Shown here: piece by piece, positions 14,194-20,000 of the stretch
Layout: every line of letters starts with the position of its first letter
Numbering within the stretch: the first letter of the stretch is position 1
From: an uncultured virus (IMG/VR IMGVR_UViG_3300032294_001063)
Taxonomy: Duplodnaviria; Heunggongvirae; Uroviricota; Caudoviricetes
DNA length: 20,000 bases
Virus record (IMG/VR): IMGVR_UViG_3300032294_001063
Direction: 5' to 3' (one strand)
The notes under the pieces: generated by a model
What the model was told of the DNA's origin: nothing
Seen by the model: the letters and a program-made list of their open reading frames with translations, nothing else
Database searches by the model: none
Made by a program: the position numbers and the translations under genes

Positions 14194-14363
14194 TTTAGGG
14201 GGGTTACTGGCAAGTATTCGCAAACTATTTTTGTGATTAGCATCACATTTACGCTCAGAGTTAATAATCTCTGTCCTCACTATATAGACAAAACGGACAT
14301 TTAAAAACCCTGGATCATACAAATAAAATCTATATTAACATTTTGATAAATCTGAAATACTAG

Positions 14364-14392
14364 TTGACTAGAATTAATATATTTTGTATAAT
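14364..14392 (+). promoter_or_regulatory. sigmaA-type promoter, leaderless HNH gene
   Basis: TTGACT-N17-TATAAT, ATG 6 nt downstream. Confidence 0.65.
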
Positions 14393-14398
14393 CTCAAT

Positions 14399-14821
14399 AT
14401 GGAAGAAATATGGAAAACTATACCTAAGCTCGTAATAAGGGGCGGAAGAGAATTTACTCCAGATAGATACGAAGTATCTAACCTTGGAAGAATTCGTACA
14501 AAGAAACAAAGATACGGACAACCTAGAAAGGATCTAGGAAATAAAAGAGCGGAACTAGCAGAGTATCGTTATTTGACAGGAAGACCTGATCAAGTAGGGT
14601 ATATGCAAGTAGATTTATTTGATGCTAATTCTGTAAGATCTAAATATCGTATTCATACTATCGTTATGCAGACATTTATTGGTTTGCCAGAAGCTGGACA
14701 GGTTATCTGCCACTACGATGATATTAAAACAAATAATCATTTATCTAATTTAAGATACGATACCATGAAATCTAACGGTCAAGATAGAATAAGGAATAAA
14801 AAACTTTCTTTGATCTCTTGA
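14399..14821 (+). CDS. NUMOD4/HNH homing endonuclease
   Basis: EIWK...YEVSNLGRIR (NUMOD4); H.IVM.TF...CHYDDIKTNNHLSNL (HNH). Confidence 0.85.
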   Translation: MEEIWKTIPKLVIRGGREFTPDRYEVSNLGRIRTKKQRYGQPRKDLGNKRAELAEYRYLTGRPDQVGYMQVDLFDANSVRSKYRIHTIVMQTFIGLPEAGQVICHYDDIKTNNHLSNLRYDTMKSNGQDRIRNKKLSLIS

Positions 14822-15105
14822 CCTAGCAAAATCTGTTATGTTATACTTAAGGCTGGTTTGTGGGGGCTTACACTGAAACTCATAATGACGGAAATGTGTA
14901 GCTTCTCTATCCTACAAAATTGATTTTAAATTTTGGGGGGTAGGGGGGCTTTCCTAAAATCTAAAAATCTGGAAATGTAATTAAAAGAATATATATATTA
15001 TATATATCTTAGTTGACTAGAATATAGAGAATATGACAGTAAATAAAGTAAAGCGATATATAAATTACTTTGCTTGGTTTTGTATGATCTCATGGATAGT
15101 ATACC

Positions 15106-15228
15106 TTGGCATCCAATAGAATTGTTAAATGCGATAAATGTGGGCGGGAAATCGAAGTAAGATCTGGATTTGCCCATATGACACTAAATAACCACTATAG
15201 GACATGTAAAGATGGTGAGTCAAAATAG
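15106..15228 (+). CDS. small Zn-finger peptide (40 aa, TTG start)
   Basis: CDKC...H...C pattern; translated manually. Confidence 0.45.
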   Translation: MASNRIVKCDKCGREIEVRSGFAHMTLNNHYRTCKDGESK

Positions 15229-15809
15229 AAAACATAGCACTAATTGGAGACTCTCATGCTAATGGCATAGCTAAAGCATTTGAGGTGTTTTATAGCGATA
15301 GTCAGAATATAGTTAATATTAAAGATCTACATGCATTTCCAGGAAAGCACTGCTATAACGTAGATTACTCAAATATCGATATACCTACAGGTAGTAAAAT
15401 ATTACTACACTTTGGCGAAATTGATATTCGCAAAAGTTTACCTAAATACAAAAATACTGAAGAGACTGTTAAGAGATACATTGATAAATCAGTCGACTAC
15501 TTTAAAGATTATGAACTATTCTTCATAAAGCCTATACCTCAAGCTGAAGACAGACTAACTTGGGAGTTTAAACCTGGAGCTACTATTGGAGAAAATAAGA
15601 GAGCATACTATTTGGAGGAGAGGTTAAAGGAGCAAAATATTTTTTACTCTACACTAGATCAATATGCTGATAATGTTATAGATACTCCTTCTGCAATTAA
15701 TACGAATATATTAAAAGCAGAGAATACAGATGATGGATGTCACTTAAATCTAGAAAACTCATTAAAGCTCATAAAGTATATAGATATTGCAATCAATTCA
15801 GGGGTATAG
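15225..15809 (+). CDS. SGNH/GDSL hydrolase-like protein; start codon uncertain
   Basis: In-frame IALIGDSH upstream of GTG 15285, FGEID and DGCH motifs. Confidence 0.65.
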   Translation: MENIALIGDSHANGIAKAFEVFYSDSQNIVNIKDLHAFPGKHCYNVDYSNIDIPTGSKILLHFGEIDIRKSLPKYKNTEETVKRYIDKSVDYFKDYELFFIKPIPQAEDRLTWEFKPGATIGENKRAYYLEERLKEQNIFYSTLDQYADNVIDTPSAINTNILKAENTDDGCHLNLENSLKLIKYIDIAINSGV

Positions 15810-15821
15810 TATAATATAGAT

Positions 15822-16364
15822 ATGGATGACCTTGTAAAAGAATTTAGAGATGCTATAGAAGATCCTAGCGTAAATCACAAGATATTTAAAAAAGCTTTTG
15901 TGGTAACTCCTACCTGGGATGATATGCAAGGTTATATTGAATTTTCAAAAACGGCAGGAAACTATAGATCAGATTACGAAGGCTTTTATATCCTTCACTG
16001 TAAAGAAGACCATGACATATCCCATATGAAGGGGACTAAAGAGTTTTTAGAGTTTATGGGTAAGGTGTACGATAAAGTACCAGCATCACAAGATTGTTTT
16101 ACATTTGTAATATCTGAAAACTATAGAGCACTTACAGAGTTAAGTGGAATTAAAAGACATACTGATACAACAGATACAATTCACTGGACAACAGTTGGTG
16201 CAACCATATGGACACTATATCAGGATGGCATAGCTCACGAATATTTGGTAGAACCTGGAGATATTGTTTTTATTAAATATGGCACAGAGCATGGAGTAGA
16301 ATCTTTAACACCTAGAGCAGGAATTGTTTACTCTGGTGGAGAATATCATCCTAATAAAGACTAA
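15822..16364 (+). CDS. cupin/JmjC-like oxygenase-fold protein
   Basis: HTD...W.L...VEPGDIVFI..G..H.V; leaderless after TTGCAA-N17-TATAAT. Confidence 0.75.
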   Translation: MDDLVKEFRDAIEDPSVNHKIFKKAFVVTPTWDDMQGYIEFSKTAGNYRSDYEGFYILHCKEDHDISHMKGTKEFLEFMGKVYDKVPASQDCFTFVISENYRALTELSGIKRHTDTTDTIHWTTVGATIWTLYQDGIAHEYLVEPGDIVFIKYGTEHGVESLTPRAGIVYSGGEYHPNKD

Positions 16365-16475
16365 TATAATTATAGTCAACTAGAATAAATATAAAAAATA
16401 AAAAAGCGGGAACGCTAAGAAATTTTCTTTGCTACAATTAAGCCATATGAGACACTCTTGTAGGTATTACCTAGG

Positions 16476-16760
16476 ATGAAGTCAGAAAAGCTCTCTATAG
16501 CTAAACAGAAGGCTTATTTGGCATCATATATCAGAGACCTCAAGGAAAAATCTCCTTGTAGAGACTGTGGGAAGTTTTATCCATATTATGTCATGGATTT
16601 TGACCACGTCCGTGGCAAGAAGCATGCAAATGTAATGGAACTTATTCCCACATTGTCTAAGAAGAAGATAGATGAAGAAATAGCTAAATGTGAGATCGTA
16701 TGTTCTAATTGTCATCGTATTAGGACTCATATGAGACGTATTGCTAAAAAGAATAAATAG
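16476..16760 (+). CDS. small HNH endonuclease-like protein
   Basis: CRDC...DFDH...EIAKCEIVCSNCHRIRT. Confidence 0.85.
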   Translation: MKSEKLSIAKQKAYLASYIRDLKEKSPCRDCGKFYPYYVMDFDHVRGKKHANVMELIPTLSKKKIDEEIAKCEIVCSNCHRIRTHMRRIAKKNK

Positions 16761-16814
16761 TCTCTTCTACCGCCGCCGTCGCACTTTTTCGCTGTCAAAT
16801 GATATAATATATAT

Positions 16815-17192
16815 ATGGATTCCTTCTACAATTCTGAATTACAAGAATCATCTTTTTCGTTATTTAACGATCAGCCACTAGATACATCGTTTGCTGATGT
16901 AGATTCCGCATATCAATATGAAGGTGGATATATTTATTCTCTTGGTTTGCCCAATGTAATCGGTATGAATAAAAATGAAGCTAAGCTCCTATTAGAGTCT
17001 CAAGGATGGAAATTTTACACTGGATACCCAGCATATCCAGATGGATTATTTAGTGGGCAAGGAGACAATCCTGGACCATCTACAGGAATTAATACTGTAT
17101 CAGCTGTTTACGAATTTAGCCCATACAGGTCTTTACCAGTAGGAACAGAAAATACTGGACAGCAAATTGTAATCTATTACTGGTGGGAATAA
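16815..17192 (+). CDS. hypothetical protein with PASTA-like segment
   Basis: LPNVIGMNKNEAKLLLESQGW; leaderless after TGATATAAT. Confidence 0.6.
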   Translation: MDSFYNSELQESSFSLFNDQPLDTSFADVDSAYQYEGGYIYSLGLPNVIGMNKNEAKLLLESQGWKFYTGYPAYPDGLFSGQGDNPGPSTGINTVSAVYEFSPYRSLPVGTENTGQQIVIYYWWE

Positions 17193-17279
17193 TTTAAAAT
17201 ATATTTCTTCTCTTTCTGCCGCACTTTTTTCGGGCGCACTTTTCAATTCTCACTTTATTTAGTATACTTAACAATATAA

Positions 17280-17352
17280 TGGACCATAGCTCAGTTGGCA
17301 GAGCGTAGAGCTGTTAACTCTAATGTCCCAGGTTCGAGCCCTGGTGGTCCAG
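17280..17352 (+). tRNA. tRNA-Asn(GTT)
   Basis: Cloverleaf TGGACCA/TGGTCCA, anticodon loop CTGTTAA. Confidence 0.95.
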
Positions 17353-17356
17353 CTTA

Positions 17357-17430
17357 GCACCAGTAGCCAAGTTGGTTAAGGCCCCGAACTCATAATTCGG
17401 CTATCGTAGGTTCAAGTCCTGCCTGGTGTA
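17357..17430 (+). tRNA. tRNA-Met/Ile2(CAT), non-initiator
   Basis: Cloverleaf GCACCAG/CTGGTGT, loop CTCATAA; lacks initiator GGG/CCC anticodon stem. Confidence 0.9.
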
Positions 17431-17434
17431 CTAA

Positions 17435-17507
17435 CCCTTCGTAGCTCAGAGGATAGAGCGAGGCTCTTCTAAGGCCTGCGTCACACGTTCGAATCGTGTC
17501 GAGGGGG
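17435..17507 (+). tRNA. tRNA-Arg(TCT)
   Basis: Cloverleaf CCCTTCG/CGAGGGG, loop CTTCTAA. Confidence 0.93.
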
Positions 17508-17515
17508 CAATAAAG

Positions 17516-17552
17516 AAAAAATCCCAATCAGAGGCGGATCCGATTGGGTTTT
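17516..17552. terminator. bidirectional intrinsic terminator
   Basis: A-tract, CCCAATCAGA...TCCGATTGGG stem, T-tract. Confidence 0.7.
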
Positions 17553-17612
17553 CCTAGTGTATTGCTACACGTTATACTGGGAGCTTAATCTGTGGGATGC
17601 TACAACCAGTAC
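17516..17612 (-). ncRNA. candidate ~100-nt structured small RNA
   Basis: TTGACA-N17-TATACT promoter 17619-17647; stems TACTGG/CCAGTA and GTGTA-GCAA-TACAC; terminator; only a 4-codon ORF. Confidence 0.45.
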
Positions 17613-17651
17613 ATATGAAGTATAAAATAACTTAAATTCTATGTCAAGGAC

Positions 17652-18236
17652 TTATCCGATGAAAATTTCATCGTGTCTGTATATCCAATCAACAGCAGCG
17701 TACTTGATTCCTTCTGTAACTTCTTCAGTTTCATACTGCTCACCATTTTGTACTGGAAGCAGGTATAGTTGATTTTCTTTAACTGGAATACTAAAGTTTA
17801 AATTTTCCCAGTTGTCTTTTCCTTCTAGTACTAGATTGCCACCCTTAAAATCACCTATATAAAGAACTACTATATAGTCAGCTGCAGTCCAGTTCCTATG
17901 TACTTTAGTTTTAAATTGTTTTAGATCACGAGCAGATCTACTAACCCAAATATGACCGTTTGTCCAATACTTAGGAATTATAAAATCTATAAGTTTATCC
18001 TGAAAGTATTCAAGAGTTCTTACTGGTGGGCTTATTAAACCATCTACATCACTAGATGCGTCATCGTGACTATTCCACTCATTTTCTTTTATTGTTTTTA
18101 TTTCATTTTTAATCAAATTTAATTTTTCTTCTTTTAAGAAATTTTCGTATAAAAGTATTCCATGCCCTATGTCTACAATTGACTCTGCATTTTTAATGTT
18201 TTTTAAAAAATCTTCTGGGCTAAATTTTTTAGACAT
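17652..18236 (-). CDS. 2OG-Fe(II) oxygenase-fold protein, apparently degenerate
   Basis: LYENFL, VLYI.DF.GG.L, VTEG.KY; HxD...H ligands not evident. Confidence 0.7.
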   Translation of the reverse strand: MSKKFSPEDFLKNIKNAESIVDIGHGILLYENFLKEEKLNLIKNEIKTIKENEWNSHDDASSDVDGLISPPVRTLEYFQDKLIDFIIPKYWTNGHIWVSRSARDLKQFKTKVHRNWTAADYIVVLYIGDFKGGNLVLEGKDNWENLNFSIPVKENQLYLLPVQNGEQYETEEVTEGIKYAAVDWIYRHDEIFIG

Positions 18237-18242
18237 TTTTTC

Positions 18243-18803
18243 CTAATCTTTATATAAGAAGCTTGGGTATACATATCTAGTGCCAGATGTAACTTTAGAA
18301 ACCCCATGCTTAATTCTTGAACCGTGTATAACTAAATCTCCAGCAGAAGGGGTATAGGACAAACCTAGCTTTGGATAGTATAGGTCTCCACCTTCAAAAT
18401 CATCGTTTATATAAACAACACAACCATATTGAGTTATAGCGCATGTATTATTGTCGTCAGTTTCATTAGTTCCTTCATCACCACAACTATCTTCATGCTC
18501 GTGCATTGTGTCTCCAGTAAACATTCTAGCAAGAGACTCGCCAGGGGTCACATTGTACCCTTGGACGAGATCTTGTATTTTTTTTCTTACTGGAATTAAT
18601 TCTGGAACAATTAGGCTGCTTCTTCCGTTATACCATTCGATTGTATGTCTAGCTGCATCTCCGCCCCAAAACTCTTCATTAAAGTTTTTAGCTTCATTGT
18701 AGATGTTTGATACTTCTTCTTGGCTAAGAAAGTTTCTGTAAACCCAAATTTCTTCTTCATCATGAAGTTTTTCAACGTTTGGGTTATTTTCAAAATTAAG
18801 CAT
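18243..18803 (-). CDS. 2OG-Fe(II) oxygenase (prolyl-4-hydroxylase-like)
   Basis: HED, YINDDFEGGDL, HGVSKVTSGTRY motifs. Confidence 0.88.
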   Translation of the reverse strand: MLNFENNPNVEKLHDEEEIWVYRNFLSQEEVSNIYNEAKNFNEEFWGGDAARHTIEWYNGRSSLIVPELIPVRKKIQDLVQGYNVTPGESLARMFTGDTMHEHEDSCGDEGTNETDDNNTCAITQYGCVVYINDDFEGGDLYYPKLGLSYTPSAGDLVIHGSRIKHGVSKVTSGTRYVYPSFLYKD

Positions 18804-18957
18804 TCTTTTTCTTTCTCCAGAATAATATTTTAGAAGCTATTTTTTCAATTCTTTTTTCTATTCTAGTTTCCATTTTCCCAGCAGGTGTTTCTTCCTTATA
18901 ATACTTAGATTGAAAATAAGGATTTTTCATCTGCTTAGAAAATTCATGTGGGGACAT
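18796..18957 (-). CDS. basic hypothetical protein (53 aa)
   Basis: Translated manually; leaderless, 6 nt after TATAAT. Confidence 0.55.
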   Translation of the reverse strand: MSPHEFSKQMKNPYFQSKYYKEETPAGKMETRIEKRIEKIASKILFWRKKKNA

Positions 18958-18995
18958 AGTTTTATTATACCCACATGAACCTAATAACTCAAATA

Positions 18996-19193
18996 TTATT
19001 GATCTACTGAAATAGCACCACGAGAAATTAATGCATCAACCATACCACTACACATCTGTCGGTATCCTTCTTGGACTGACAATAGATGCTTTTCTAGCTC
19101 AACAAGGTCTTGCTTATGCATTACCGCTGCTTGACGCTGTTGGATATTAAGCTGTTCAACCATAATTTCTACAATTGCGTTTTTAGTCGCCAT
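18996..19193 (-). CDS. hypothetical protein (MATKNAIVE)
   Basis: GAGG RBS before ATG 19193. Confidence 0.65.
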   Translation of the reverse strand: MATKNAIVEIMVEQLNIQQRQAAVMHKQDLVELEKHLLSVQEGYRQMCSGMVDALISRGAISVDQ

Positions 19194-19398
19194 CTTTATT
19201 TTCCTCAACTGAATAAGAAGGGGTGGGCCCAAGCAGGAACCCCTGTTCATGATATTGTATCATTTTTTGTGTATCTTCGCCACCTACTATTTTATTAGCT
19301 ATTATAGTAAGCAAATCATAAATTCTATGAAGCATAATATAATTAACCATAGGCAAATTATCTTCTAGATTTTGAGGCTCTGGATTATTTTCTGTCAT
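19183..19398 (-). CDS. hypothetical protein
   Basis: 71 aa ORF, GGAAGG RBS. Confidence 0.7.
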   Translation of the reverse strand: MTENNPEPQNLEDNLPMVNYIMLHRIYDLLTIIANKIVGGEDTQKMIQYHEQGFLLGPTPSYSVEENKDGD

Positions 19399-19466
19399 CT
19401 GGCCTTCCTAGGTCTTCCCAAAACTTTTCACGCCCCATAGCGTCTGTTTCTTTAATAGTGCCACCA

Positions 19467-19679
19467 TCAGTTTGAATTTCGGTCAACGGATTTTTTAAGT
19501 TCTCCATAAAATTCCAATCCAATATTATTTGTATACTGACAAGATAAGCAGTATAAATAAATTATACTATCGTTTGTTTCGTTACACATTAAAGGGCCCT
19601 GATCCATAGGACATTCAAGTCTAGGAACAAGGCCCTTCTCTGCTAGAAGTAGGTATTTAGACACATATTGTATCTTCAT
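19467..19679 (-). CDS. small Zn-ribbon protein
   Basis: CPMD...CLSC. Confidence 0.7.
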   Translation of the reverse strand: MKIQYVSKYLLLAEKGLVPRLECPMDQGPLMCNETNDSIIYLYCLSCQYTNNIGLEFYGELKKSVDRNSN

Positions 19680-19691
19680 ATACCTACCCCT

Positions 19692-20000
19692 CTAATTTTT
19701 GAATTCAGATAAGAATTCTTTGTATCTTACCCCATTCAGGGAAGACCATGATGACCAATCGGTTCCGCCTTTAGTCATATAATACGTTATCTCTGCGTTA
19801 ATTACTGGGTCAAACAGTAAAATGTTTGACTTTAGATCAAATTTTTCTTTACGATCAATGCCGAGTTCACCCAACATATTAATCTGAAAAATTCCGTAGG
19901 AACTGTCTCCAGTTTTCCTGTTACCATTGTAAGCCAGAGGTCTTGAATTAGACTCTGCCTTAGCAATAGCCCAAGCCTGTTTAAGGGCTTTTCCTTCAAA
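19692..20000 (-). CDS. lysozyme-like/lytic transglycosylase domain protein, 5' truncated by window
   Basis: Frame open from 20000: AWAIAKAES...SYGIFQIN...LFDPVINA...WSSW. Confidence 0.85.
   Translation of the reverse strand, partial: FEGKALKQAWAIAKAESNSRPLAYNGNRKTGDSSYGIFQINMLGELGIDRKEKFDLKSNILLFDPVINAEITYYMTKGGTDWSSWSSLNGVRYKEFLSEFKN

Noticed and set aside
14399..14821. HNH gene inside a group I intron
   Set aside because: No interrupted host gene; it has its own promoter, so it appears free-standing
16761..17245. CGCACTTTT repeats flanking the PASTA-like gene
   Set aside because: Short and low-complexity; could be cassette boundaries but evidence is insufficient

Overview
AT-rich segment of a large tailed-phage genome, most likely infecting an Actinobacterium (GAAAGG ribosome-binding sites, an Lsr2-like gene, leaderless genes, actinobacterial promoter motifs). 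Positions ~730-14250 are a minus-strand array of ~45 small genes resembling an early or host-takeover region. It includes a DUF932 protein, a Gp88-like Fe-S protein, a YubB/Api92-like protein, an Lsr2-like DNA-binding domain, an ArfA-like basic peptide and tRNA-Asp. Positions 14300-20000 carry HNH endonucleases, SGNH-like, cupin and 2OG-Fe(II) oxygenase genes, three tRNAs and a truncated lytic transglycosylase. The main signal is regulatory. (1) 18 co-oriented promoters with invariant TGTC(A/G)G-N10-TAnnnT architecture match the actinobacterial PafBC/RecA-NDp DNA-damage promoter. (2) Repeated intergenic modules carry CRP-type palindromes in helical phase, paired DnaA boxes, GACAC-containing repeats and an unexplained AGGG-N16-CGTAA element. 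(3) A candidate ~150-nt small RNA displays UUCCUUUCGUU, the exact antisense of the leader/RBS shared by these genes. Together these suggest an early program switched on by the host DNA-damage response and off by an sRNA. This is inferred from sequence only and is untested.
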